Source: Leptogorgia sarmentosa
Lineage: Eukaryota
Length of the DNA: 64,000 nucleotides
Direction of reading: 5' to 3'
Assembly (NCBI GenBank): GCA_964658305.1
Contig: OZ210885.1
Span: forward strand, 21,948,001 to 22,012,000
Shown piece after piece: positions 47,577 through 59,723 of this stretch (within the stretch, counting starts at the first letter, position 1; the number at the start of each line of letters is the position of its first letter). The notes below the pieces were generated by a model. It did not search any database. It was given only the letters and a program-made list of their open reading frames with translations, and was not told the origin of the DNA. A program made the position numbers and the translations under genes.

Positions 47577-47640
47577 CTAGGGCTTGCTTAGGGCTTGCTT
47601 AGGGCTTGCTTAGGGCTTGTTCAGGGCTTGCTTAGGGCTA
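47577..47640. repeat. 11-bp minisatellite (TTAGGGCTTGC), ~5.5 copies
   Basis: Directly visible. Confidence 0.9.
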
Positions 47641-49634
47641 GTTTCTATTGAACGTTTTCGTCCTGATTCGTCCATAAAATAAAAATTACTTTTAAGCGTC
47701 TAAATTTCTTGCGCAATCTGCTTTTAGCCATTGGAAATAACAAAGTTGAATTTCAAATTTCTTTCGTTTTACGTAAATTTTAATGTAGGTACATCTTAAT
47801 TACCAAAACGATTTACAAAAACCAAAAACGTCATACCGTGCCGCTTGTTCAGTTTTTTTATACGCCCTGTATATGGATGGCATCACCCAAGATGAATTTG
47901 TTACGATAGTTACCGCCACCAAGTGGAAACTATATACACTTAACTAAAAAAACGGGGCAATTACTTGAAACTAAACCAAATCAATACACATTTTCATTTC
48001 AGGTCTAAAATTGTGCAAACAGTACAGAAATCTGTGCTGTATGAAGAAGTTCCAACGAAATTATAAAATTAAAATTTACAAACTGGGTTTGGCTGGCGAA
48101 TATACACTGTACTATCGGACAACTGATTATCTCGAATCTCATCTGTACTGTTATTGTCAACTGTCAGCCACCGAGAGAACTATACGACGATCGTAAATAT
48201 ATATGTCATTTTAACTTTCGAAAATCAAAACATCGAAGTTTTATAAAGACATGATCGGCAAGAAAGTTCACCATTCGTTCCAAAGCTCAAGAAGTCAGGT
48301 TTTATGAACTTTATGTATAACCACATGGCAACTTCCGTCTATGTCGTAAAGAACATTACTTAAACAAGGACACCTATACTCCACGTTGCACGTTGGTTCC
48401 GAAGTCAGTCATAGCGAGCTATTATACAACAGAATTCAAACGAATTACATGGGCGGACATAGCTATATTGCAGCATTTATTGAGAGGCTGCATGCATGCA
48501 CATGTTACACAAAGATTCGAGGCGAGACCTTTAGTCTATTGACCTTTAGCTTCCATATTCACTCTTGACACAATCTCTCCATGTAATAAATACGGTATGT
48601 AAACATATTAAATTTGACCCAACGAGACAATATATCACTTTGATCAAATGCCTAGATTTATGTAAACATTCAGAAAGATTATTGTTCGCTACTTCGCTAT
48701 TTTAGAATAAAAAGGATATTGTATACCAGAAACCAGACCTCTATGATAACAAAACATTCGCTTGATTAAATGGACAGAATTGTAACATTGCATGAATTCT
48801 CTGACACCATAGATTACTAGCTGCCTGTCTCTTGTAATACTGCCAAACTGCAAATATTTTTTTGCTCCAACGAGGTTTTAACTTGCCATGCTGTATTATT
48901 CTGGCATGTGGCAGCCGAAAAAGGTCATATAGAAGGGGGGTGTCGCGCCACACTCATTTAAATATGCAATAATTTGGAATGTAACAAATTTCATGACAGC
49001 AATTCAAACTTACTGTAAAGTGTATGATAACAATCGCAAGCAGCTGTCTGGAATAACACTATATACGTGTAGTGTATACACTATATACGTATTCATATAT
49101 GAATCAATATTGAAGCAAAAGTTAAACACTACATGCACTAAGCCTGGCCGGTTAATCACTGTGCAAGCTGCGCAACAAATTGCTTATTACTGACTATCAC
49201 TGCTCTCTAAAAAATCCCTGCAAAAGCTGGATTACGGCACTCAAATATAATAAATTCACATCAGTCATACTGCATGCACTCTATAGCTATAGCTACATCA
49301 CATGCAAACTATATAGGACATTGGTATAATGAATCAATCATGCAGTCGTGATAATAAACATAGTTACCTTCGAAACTTTTCAATTTCAAAACAAATCAAA
49401 CATTCAAACTAAATCAGTTTATGAAAATAGATTTATTAATTTTTACAATATCAATTTTTTCCCTGCATGCTATACTATAACGAAATTAATTTCTCAAAAT
49501 ATAAATTCACCTTAATAATGTCACCCCATTGTCAATTGTTCATAACTGTTTACATGTACATGTACATACTATTTATCTACGAAAGATGTCCATGAATTAA
49601 TATGAAGTTTTTAAGCGGTTCATAGTATGCAAGT

Positions 49635-50832
49635 TCAGCAAGAAAGAGTACACTTGGTCACAACGTTGTTTCTGTTGAATGTGATTTCGAAATTCTGCAG
49701 TGTAACCAGTTTTTCGTAAATTTCATCCTCGTCGAGGTTCGTAATGTTCCCAACCAACGTTTCAAATGGAATGTTGAAACATAACATACCGATGGACCTT
49801 GTTATCATCAAGCGAATCATTTTGTCGGCAGGTAAATTTGCAACACGCACTGAGCTCACACATAGAACTCCTCACGACGTGACCACAAGAGTCGCACTTG
49901 ATGGCTGCTTTTGCGCTGTCCTGCTTAATCTTTTTATTACAGTTGCAGCATTGCTTGAAGCGAGAAAATTCCTCGATGTCGTTGATTGAAGGTACTTTAA
50001 TCGTAGTACTGCTGTTGAAAAGCTCGTCTAATTCTCCCGAGATTTCTACGAGGTTTGACAGAGCATGGTCATCTTGCTTAGCAACTGTTGTCTCTTTCGT
50101 GGTGTTGAGCATCACTTCACCTTCGGGAACATTAACTGCATCGCATCGAACCCTGATATTCTTGAATAGGTACACCTCGCCAACTAGGACCTTCTCGATA
50201 TCCTTTTCCCAAAGAACAAGTTTTGCCTGTTTCAAAGATTCGTCCGCAACGAAACACTCCGTTTTGCGTAACTGAGACGAACCGACTACTTCTACAACTA
50301 CGTCTTTTGCAATTACTTTGGCGACAAAGTCTACCAAGTCCATATCCGTCGAATTTTTGCTTATAGATAGCAGATCCAGCTGCTCGATATTCCAGTCCAC
50401 GAACTGAAAGTCATATTCGCACGAATTTGGCACCGATATCTTTGTCATGTCATTGACAAAAATTGTTTTCTCGTCCGGCGCATAGTTGAAACATTCCAAT
50501 TTGACCGCGGTCTTCGTTGCTTCGCGCTCCGCCAAGATGCTACGCTTTGTCGACGAGAAACACACTCCTGGTACAAGACCGCTTTTACACTGCAGCTTGA
50601 AATTGCTGTACTCGGTATTCCTTTTACTTTGCTTAGGTGGAGATACACTTTCAATGTATCCCACCATGCCGTCTCGCCTAGGCTGGGCAAAAAGATCTTG
50701 AGATGCACTACTACATGCTGCCAATTCACTTGATGTGAATTCAATTGCTCTCTTACAAGCAACAGAGCTTGAACCGACTTTCGAAGTCGTTTTATCTTTC
50801 GCTGACTTTTTTGATTTTAGTGATTTCGACAT
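49635..50832 (-). pseudogene. Helentron RPA70-like ssDNA-binding protein (OB folds plus Zn ribbon), one frameshift near 49790
   Basis: VDFVAKVI..VADES..AKLVLWE..VGEVYLFKNIRV OB-fold pattern and CCNCNKK..KCDSC. It is convergent with RepHel. Confidence 0.75.
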
Positions 50833-51241
50833 AGTGATTTTGATTTTAGTGATTTTTGCTGTGCTTGTCAGTATGACTTTGTGTAAATGTGAGATTGTGG
50901 ACAAACGCCCTAGTTTTGTATACCGCCACACCAGATATCTGACAGGTTTGTTTTGTCTTCAAAAAGATCTATTGTTATTGCCCACCCATGCATTGAACCT
51001 TCGATTTGAAAACATTGTTTTGAGTTGTATTGACACGTTCTATCTCTCTGTACACGAAATGCAAAAATACTACGTTACAATCCAAATTTGTGTTGATACA
51101 ATCATAACATAATTATATTCACTCCATTAATTGCTTCAAATAAACTGTATTCTATGAAACTGGGTAGTGGGTACAATCCCTTCAAAAAAGTACTTTTGGA
51201 CGTGGAGGTATATATTTCACCAGCCGTGAAATGCTATATGG

Positions 51242-51760
51242 CCCCTCCCATGCCTAATCTCCAATGCATCAATCTTCCATGCATTAGTCCATTAGTTCTA
51301 CACTTTGACTTGCACTGGCACAAGTATGCCAGTCAATAGACTTGTAGCTAGAGTAATAGACACAATAAATCTTATTAATTGGTTTGAAATAGATTACATG
51401 ATTAACTTAATATAACATGTACATGGAAAATTGCTATGAACTAGGAACATGAATATTTGACTGACGACTTTGTGACTATATATGACTTATACTTCCAATA
51501 TGTAAGACTGGCAATGAAAATCATTTCACTGTATAATGGAAAAGCATTTTTCAAAATATAAACTCCACAGCAATACACAAATATATATATATATGTATAT
51601 ACCCTCCCATGCCTTAATCTCCAATGCATCAATCTTCCATGCATTAGTCCATTAGTTCTATACTCCAACTTGCATTTAAGTCAACATTAATGAACACAGT
51701 TTTGACTTGTACTGGCACAAGTATGCCAGTTAATAGCTAGAGTAGTAGACACCGTAAACC
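51242..51760. repeat. Direct repeat pair (51242-51375 and 51602-51760)
   Basis: CCCTCCCATGCC..CATTAGTTCTA and ACTGGCACAAGTATGCCAGT are duplicated ~360 bp apart. Confidence 0.8.
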
Positions 51761-52202
51761 TTACTATTTTAAACTGCTTAAGTGTTAACTACCTATGGTA
51801 TAATAAACACCCATTTGTTTCTAATCTTTTATAAATGTGTTGGTTCTTAAAAAGCCGGTTTTTAAGTTATTTTCCATCGTTGTTTTTCCAACGAATCCTT
51901 CGACTTCCACCATATATGGCAACTAATACACATGCATGTCATGAGTTTTTCGGTGTAGGGTTATGGAAAGATTAAAGGTTAAATTTAAAGTGCCACTGAA
52001 ACGAATTTTTCGACCCCTTTTTTTTCGCTTTAAACAATATTTAGGATTTTAGATGAATTTTGATATATAAATGAGCACTGTACGTTGACTGCAAGCTGAC
52101 TAATTTTGCCCTCAAAGTGCGACTTCGCATGCGAACTTTTGGATCCGCCATATTGGCGCGTGTGACGTCATAAGTTGAACACGTCTCGAAGCTTTCTCTA
52201 TA

Positions 52203-53021
52203 CAGGGTGTATCAAAAAAAACGCAATCCTACGTTCAAATGCAATTTTCATAACGAAAAGTATTAGAAAATAGGCTATATTTACCACCGTTAGAAAGCTC
52301 TATCATTCCGCTTTCTTAAGACTGCTTGTTTGTTAAATTTGAGTTGGAAATGAGCGAGTAATGATATTTTTAGTAAGTGTGATTGGACAATTTAAAATTT
52401 GAGATAGCTTGAATTTATTAAAAATTTAACTTTAGTTGGTTACAATCATTCAACGTGGCCTGGCTTTCTCACCACACACAAATCACTTCGACGTTGCATT
52501 TCCCGTGCAACTCTTCTTATTAGTTCATGATTTCCATGTAAAGCATCTGCTTCAAGCTGTATCTGCCGGTATTTACGTACGTTACGCCAAACGGTCGTCG
52601 AATTTGGGACTTGTCGATCCGGGAAAGCTATTCGAAACAATCTTAAAACTTCCTGAATACTTTTTGTTACAAAGTAACCTTCAACAATAAAAGTTATTTC
52701 TGCTGTAGTGAGCTGTGGCATGATGCCTAAGACTTTAAAATTATTTCGCGAAAATATTTCAAACAAAATATTCGCATGCAACGATAACGTCCTCTTCGGA
52801 ATTAAGAACGTCGAATTCGAAGCATCTAAAAATGACTGCTTGCAGTAAATCACTTATTTTGAAGTCCTAAATGGCATAAAAAGTCACAATCGACCACTTA
52901 TTGAGTAGAAAAAAGATAGGGCTAAAACATGAACTAAAAGTTAAGACATGGAAATCTATATTATTTTGGTTATAAAGCCTTAAACTTGGTTTTTTTTACT
53001 CGTTTTTTTTTATACACCCTG
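52203..53021 (-). mobile_element. Internally deleted Tc1/mariner-type element
   Basis: TA|CAGGGTGTAT..ATACACCCTG|TA. The ORF MPQLTTAEITFIVEGYF..FPDRQVPNSTTVWRNVRKY (HTH) is fused to the C-terminal CVVRKPGHVE. Confidence 0.85.
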
Positions 53022-53679
53022 TAGATTCTATTGCGCTTGCGATATTGTCTGTGACTTTTCTCGATTTTTTTCGGAATGTAAAGGTTTTCTGAATGTAAGA
53101 TAAAAGTTATATAATTGTATGAATATACGGAGCAAAAATGTCCAGTAATGAGCGGAATAGCAGTGTCGGCTCACCAGAAAACTCAAGTGAACGGCAAGAC
53201 ACTTCGTCGGATTTAGATGGCGGTAAAAGCACATCTCGGTCTCTTTGCACGTAGCATCGCACAACTATATCTAAGATGACGAACCTTTAGCAGAACCATG
53301 GGGAAATATATAAGTTGTAGAAGATCCTGATGGTATATTGCTGTGAATATTGGAAGCTAGAAGCGACGGCACAGTCACTATTGAAAAGTGGTACGTTCTG
53401 CTTATTTGCGTTGTTTATGTTAATGTAATATGCTAAATAACTCCAACATGAGAAGCAGATTATTTATTGCGCATTTGTCTCAGTCTTCTAAGGATAGTTT
53501 GAACTCAGTAATATTCTTTTTGTTACTGGAACAGGCCCAAGACTAAAGCTTTATTGGATGATTCATTACTCATACTATATACATATCACATACCAATTCC
53601 ATGGATATACATAATAGACATCACATACCAATTGTGCATGAAAATTCTGTACACCGACTCTAACATTATTATTTTTTTA

Positions 53680-53795
53680 GATATTTAAGAGGTGTTGCCT
53701 ACACACGGTTAATAAAGTGGATGTGTGGCCGGCTGGGATGGGACAACACAAGACCACTTCCAGCCTGTGTTTATAATTTTATCAGGAATAAATAT
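53680..53795 (+). pseudogene. Last exon of the Kolobok accessory (KolX-like) gene
   Basis: LRGVAYTRLIKWMCGRLGWDNTRPLPACVYNFIRNKY follows a T-rich AG acceptor. Confidence 0.6.
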
Positions 53796-54414
53796 AAAAT
53801 AGTGGACAGTAATAAGGGTTATATCCGACCTTAGCAGAGGCAATAATAGTCAATTCAAGTCTTGGCTATGTAATTGCATTGCTGAAATTCTGCAAAATGC
53901 TTGATTGTGCATGCCGAGCTGTTTGATGTTTCTCCTTGTGATATACATTTTGCCAAAATTAGTTTTAGAAACCTGAATTGTTACCAATGTTAAAGACTTG
54001 ATGTACATGCACTCATTCATTATCACCACATCTTTATTTATCTAAACATTACATGTGGCATGCAGCAGAATAACTTCAGATTGTTTGGATACACTTACAC
54101 TGCAAATCTATGAACATATAAAATTATCACTAGTTATTTCCAGCAATGTTTATATATTATTTTAGTGTGTTTCAGTAGTTGCTTAGAAGTGGTTACAAAC
54201 TTTTACTCTTTATATTATATGGTAAAATAATCTACTGTATATATTATTACTTGTCATTCCATTTATAATTATATTTATAAAATATCAATATTGTTTTATT
54301 TGCTATCTTGCCAATTTAAATTTGAATAAATGAAGTATGAAGTCAATTATAACATTTATATACTCATTTATTATGTTTATTCTCTATAACCTTATTCTCT
54401 TTAACCAAAATACG

Positions 54415-54671
54415 ATTCACGTCGAAGCATGAATCATCAAAGGAGGCAGGACAAAGCACTACGCTGTAGTGGCGCTAAAGTCTGGCCGATGTTTGCGGAC
54501 GGAATTTCCCCACTTTTTTCGGCTCTGTGCATCTGTTTCTGCGTTAGGAAACAGATACATGAATATACCTTCAGTGCGTTGATTATTGCCGCAGCTAACT
54601 AAGTTAGGACCGCCAGCAACACAACGTTTTCCTCCGCGAACGCGTTTTGCGCTATTAATTCTATACGCCAT
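54415..54671 (-). pseudogene. THAP-domain N-terminus of the Kolobok transposase
   Basis: RCVAGG...SC.N.....YLFP......RKKW...VR; the catalytic region is absent. Confidence 0.7.
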
Positions 54672-55008
54672 GATGAGAACGTGTTCAACTTATGACGTCA
54701 CACGGCTAGAAAATGGCGGCGCAAAAGTTCGCACGGAAGTAGCCCAAAATCGCAACTTTGGAAGGCTATAAATTCTGTTAAGATGGGCCAATTTTAATCC
54801 TGTTTGCGGTTTTGAAATCAGGGGAGTAATTTCTTTGAAATAAGCCAATAAAAAAGGGGTCGAAAAATTCGTTTCAGTGGCACTTTAAAGAATATTCAAC
54901 ATGAAATTCCATGAATCATGATCAAAAAAGCAAACACGTAAGCTGTGTTATGCTCTTCTCTATATTACGTCTCTTCTGAAACTTTGCACTATCCTTGGAT
55001 CCCTAGTT

Positions 55009-55524
55009 AATCATAGTGATCATGATATCGTAACAGCTGAAGCACATATTAAAATTGGTGACACAATGATAAAGAACTCCACCGAATTCAAATACTTGGG
55101 TGTCATGATATCAAACACGAATGATAGAAGAATGATTAAAATTGGCGACACGAATGAAGAAGTCGAATGGAGGAGATTACTACGACGCCTTGTGAAAGGA
55201 GGCTTCAGACGACATAATGTACCACCAAATAATATAAGCGATGAAGAAAAAAAGGAAAGCACGTGGGATTACTCGTATATATATCGTGATGATGACATAT
55301 ATCGAATTATAGGATGTAAACCATTGAAATTCTACCAAGAACGTCAGCACCTCCAATGGCTGGCTCATTATATTCGTATGGAGAATAACTGTTTTCAGAA
55401 ACAAACCTTGTTCATCACTAAGGAACGTGGTGGAATGAACAGATGGAAACGCCTAGAAAAAGTTACAGGCATTGATACAATCCAGTTACGAAAGTTGATG
55501 ATGAACAAAAACAATTTCAACTGA
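55009..55524 (+). pseudogene. C-terminal part of the LINE ORF
   Basis: EFKYLG..., QWLAHYIRM; in frame with the RT upstream of the Helentron. Confidence 0.8.
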
Positions 55525-55590
55525 TGGCTTAACCTACGTTATCCATTGGGCTCCGGTGATTGAAGATTGCGCCGGAGTACAGCTAACTAA

Positions 55591-56095
55591 CTGACAAACC
55601 AAGTTCTTGTCTGCGGCGGTTGAGAGTTCTAGAGGATACTCCAAACATTCTTGCAATATCTGTCCATTTGAAACCAAGATTGCTTCTAAGAACCTCTATT
55701 TGTTCTTGCATTATTTCTACACGAGGCCTACCAACACAGCTATTTCTATTACTGTATGCTCCAAGTGCTAATCCTTCATTGTTTTCATGTGTGTTACTTT
55801 GCTGAAAATGGTCGTCATTATAAAGAGGTCCAAGTCTTTCTATCCTCTGTCCAATCACATTAATAAGGTGTCCCATGTCTTCCACAAGTTGTTCAGTTGA
55901 GTTTAGTCTATATTCTCTTAGTCGACTGTACATTACACCTATAGTACGATGGTATTCTTCTAAGCGCCTACTCAAAAATTCTGCTGTATCTCCACTTAAG
56001 CCGTATTCCAAACTCTGACAAAGAAGATCAAGGAGAGCTGTAAAAAATTCGCTAGCATCAGGGATAAAAAATCTGTTGTGGAAAGCCGCCATCAT
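55591..56095 (-). pseudogene. 5' part of the IS3EU #2 transposase
   Basis: GRPRVEI...GFKWTDIARMFGVSSRTLNRRRQELG HTH, ending at the LINE 3' tail. Confidence 0.85.
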
Positions 56096-57079
56096 GAATT
56101 AGTGGGCAAATGTATGACTGACATGATTCTCCTGCGCCATTCCCCCCCCCCTGCGGCCAGCACGTTGTGTACGTAAACCGTTCCCCCCATAGTGGAAGAA
56201 ATCATTTTCCCATTTTTTGATCTCCCCCTGGTTTAGAATCCTGATCAAAATAAATCCTCTCCCATCTTGATATAAAAATATCTGAGCAAACTTGATTTAT
56301 AAAAATGTGCAATACTTGATATAACACAAAATGAAGTTCATAACTTGATATAAAAATATTTTGCACAACATGAGTGTAAAATATTAAACCTAATATCAAA
56401 AACGAACAAGTTGATAGTAAAATGACGAGACTTGTTGCAAAAATGAATTCATTGATGTAAATATATGAACTTGATATTTTGTCACGTTTGGAGTAGCATA
56501 TCACAGGAACAAACTAGGTTAAATAATCCACTTCAGAACAACCTGGGACTTGATGACTAAAACTGGAAATTCAAAAATGAACACAATAAATACTCTTGTT
56601 ATTGGTTGTGTGAAACATAAAACAACATGTTCCCAGATAGATAAGAATTAAAGCAAGATCTCCAGAAACAATAAGTGCTTAGATGCTGTGTTTTTGTTGA
56701 GCAATGCATTAAAAAATCGTCCAACATTTTAAAAATGTTTACAACCAAAAAGTATTGAGCCTAGAGCATTAATATAAATTTCTCACCGCTAAAGGGATAC
56801 ATCCTTTCTTCTGCCCAAGTTCCAGCAGTATGAATGAGCAAAAATTCAGCCGACTAACACTTTTCGACAATTTTTAGACAAGAACATATCTTTGCATGCA
56901 AATTGTACAACAATTTAATAAGGATTTTTAATTTCAAGGGGGGAGAAAATACTTTAATTTCTCATTCATTCATCACATTTTTGCTTGTCAGTGGTCTTTA
57001 TCATGAGAATATGCATAATTGACATCAAAATGACATAAATTTGGTCAAAATCTGCCATGATTTTGCGGACACACTTTTG

Positions 57080-57469
57080 TATGAGGGGTGATTTCCGCCA
57101 AAATTCAAATTTACATTATGTTTAAATGTTTGGTATTCTGATGTGCAGCGCCGCATTATATTTTACCGTTTGACATTTCATTATGTCATTCTGTATTTCA
57201 TTACGTCTTCATTACGTCTTTTGGCTTTTTATTGTGTCAGTTGATATTATTTCATTATGCCAGTTGATATTTCATTATCTCAGTTGGTATTTTATTGTGT
57301 AACTTGATATTTCATTTTGTCATTTGATGTTCATTATGTCAGTTTATATTTCATTATGCCAGTTGATATTTCATCATGCCGTTTCGTCACAGAGTAAGAA
57401 TAACAGAGAGGAAACTCTCGGCAAATAATCTGAATTTTTATGTCACGAGTTTTGTCTTGCCTACGTCAT
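57080..57469 (+). mobile_element. Second IS3EU #0-family terminus (TIR)
   Basis: TATGAGGGGTGATTTCCGCC... is the reverse complement of 2443-2751; the interior diverges after TGCCTACGTCAT. Confidence 0.7.
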
Positions 57470-57812
57470 CGCCACACGCCACGCAGAATTTCCCAGCCAG
57501 TGCCGTCGCTGGAATTTATATGAAAAACACAGGAGAAAAACACGATTCGAAAGGACAAAAATGGGTTTTTTAAAGACACTACGTTTCTGATCTTTATACT
57601 TCGGCCGGATTTTTCAAGAATAACGGTAAGTGATTTCTTTTTTGTATTTAAAAAGTATCTTTGAGCTTTTTAACAACTTATATTTATTGTTCAAAACATC
57701 AGAAGTGACATGATCGAAAGACCATGGCTGCAATTCGATTTGTCTTTGTGAACTTCATTCATTTTTCTAGATTAATACACAAGGAAAACCGTGAAAGACA
57801 ACGATAAATACA

Positions 57813-59072
57813 ACTAGGGATCCAAGGATAGTGCAAAGTTTCTAAGGCCCGTTTCAAACGTGGAATTTTGGTCGCATCGAATGCAATTCAAACAATGGAT
57901 AATGAAGTTAGTCATCTCATTGTTTGAATTGCGTTCGATGCGACCAAAATTCCAAATTCCGCCCAAGAAGATATTAAAATCATATTTTGAAAATAATCAC
58001 TATTTTATTGTCAGAAAGCAACTGGCATTCGCAGCAGCGGGCGTGTTAAAAGCAAATCAGATAAATCTCTGACCTCTGACCTTTTTAAAATACATACACA
58101 TCGTACTGAACATCTGCGTCGTAATAAAATATCCAGTTTATTTACAGTATCACGCCAACGTTAAATTTACTTTTGTATCCCTGTATATGGTTTAGTTCTT
58201 TTAGTATCGAAAATTCTGTAAATCCCCGGTATGTCTGGTAAACAAACAACCGCGAGGCCGGATCCGCCGGAAGACGGGAAGAGTCGAAGACGGCGAAAAC
58301 AAACACGAAAGCTATAAATGCGAAAGCTCGCAAATATGTTGGCTATCATCAACCATATTAACTAAATACGATTTAAAATTATGGCTATCTTGTGGCAAGT
58401 TCTACTGTGTTACACATCTCAGTTTACCCACTATTTGCAAATTGCGATGGCAATGTCGGCCAACTAAATGTTTTAATATAATACGCACGGCGGCAGTTAA
58501 CAGTAGCTATTTTAAATTGTGCACGACGAGCCAAATACAAGTTTTATACTAATAATGATAATAGATTCAAATTTCTAGATTCATTGCTGATATATAAAGA
58601 ACATTTTAACTGCTTTATCAACGTATTCAAACATGTTGGCCGCATTATATTATCACCATAGTGAATTACTGATTCACGGTCTCACTCTTAGCGTCCGCCA
58701 TATTGTGTAATTTCATTCCCCAGAATTGTGCTGAGTTGCAATTTTTGCAAAAACTGAAATTCCGGAGGGGCCTCCGCCATTGTGTACTGTATTTGAGCGC
58801 TTCTTTGATCACATTTCTGATCGAACTAACTTTCGTATCGATGAGAACTGCAAATAACGATGAGCAATGATATATAACTGCAATCGAATCATTTCTGTTC
58901 AAACATTCCAAGGATATCAGTCAACTACGAAATTTCGCATATCAGGAGAATTTGGGACGCTCCCCCCGGAGTTTACACTATGAATGAATCGCTGAATCGC
59001 TGAATAGCTGAATTGCTGATGTGAATTTTCGCCCCTCATCACAATACTGCAAAGTTAAACTTTGCACTAAAA
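57813..59072 (-). mobile_element. Non-autonomous Helentron (HINE-like) copy 2
   Basis: Same 5' hairpin, microsatellite and 3' sub-TIR/stem as 36253-55007, in reverse orientation. It contains a hairpin MITE remnant at ~57845-57952. Confidence 0.85.
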
Positions 59073-59723
59073 ATGGTCAAGATAATTGAAGCGGATTGAT
59101 GGAAATATGCTAAATAGCTATACTATGATAATTATATTATTGTCATACAATATAAAAATCTCGTTAGAAATATTTGAAGCCCTTTGTATCCAACTTTTGT
59201 CATCTCATAGGATATATTTCTACCCTTTCCCCCCATATTTTACCAGTTTCTTTATATAGCTGCAGGATTTGTTTTCCCTCCTGAATATCCTTTTAAAAAA
59301 CAACCTGTTTTTGCCATTTTGTTTGAAAATTTTGTCAAGCTACAAGTGCAAAAAAAAAGAACCTCACCTCCTCCATGAAAATATGGAATACAGTGTTAAA
59401 TAGTTGTGTAACTCCTAAAATGATATTTGTGTATGTAGTAAGTACATATAATAAATTTTGGGTTAATTGAATAAATGTCTGTGCATTGGTTTTGGGCCAA
59501 ACCTGCATGATATTTATTTACTTTGACAGTGTGTGTGTGAATTTGATGTTTATTGTGTTTATGTTTATTCACCTATAGAAAGGAGGGCTTTTTTGAGAGA
59601 GGGAGCTTGATAAACATAATGGTGAAAAGCCAAAAGTTGGCTTGAAAATTTATTATATTATGTATTTACATTCTGCACTGTTTTATCAGAACAAGAAAAA
59701 GTGAGGCAGACATAGCCCACAAA

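Larger units (their letters stand above)
51989..54884. mobile_element. Kolobok transposon, internally deleted
   Basis: TTAA TSD on both sides and TIRs AGTGCCACTGAAACGAATTTTTCGACCCC. It holds a THAP remnant on the minus strand and an accessory-gene remnant on the plus strand. Confidence 0.88.
36253..55007 (+). mobile_element. Autonomous-type Helentron/Helitron2 (~18.7 kb including nested elements)
   Basis: 5' TTTTAGTGCAAAGTTTAACTTTGCA hairpin, 3' sub-TIR AACTTTGCACTA plus ATCCTTGGAT stem and CTAGT. It is inserted in a T run without TSD, and removing it restores the LINE frame (ESMI-NHSD..FKYLG). Confidence 0.9.
33763..55590 (+). mobile_element. Full-length RTE-group non-LTR retrotransposon (33763-36252 plus 55008-55590), split by the Helentron
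   Basis: 5' ribozyme, a single APE-RT reading frame, short 3' UTR and (CTAA)n tail. It interrupts the IS3EU #2 transposase; no TSD is seen. Confidence 0.85.
27584..56500. mobile_element. IS3EU-type transposon #2 (~7 kb without the LINE nest)
   Basis: TATGCTACTCCAAAC..GTTTGGAGTAGCATA ends, ~350-bp TIRs, and exact 6-bp TSD TCACAG (27578-27583, 56501-56506). Confidence 0.92.
2752..57079. mobile_element. Non-autonomous long-TIR element Y (~1.5 kb of own sequence) hosting nearly all other insertions
   Basis: 2752-3148 plus 27078-27095 is the reverse complement of ~56670-57079. Ends are CAAAAGTGTGTCCGC..GCGGACACACTTTTG, with TA on both flanks. The spacer is 27095-27583 plus 56507-56670. Confidence 0.65.

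Noticed and set aside
47850..47871. Tc1-like terminus TTTTTTTATACGCCCTGTA
   Set aside because: No matching left end was found, so no element could be delimited.
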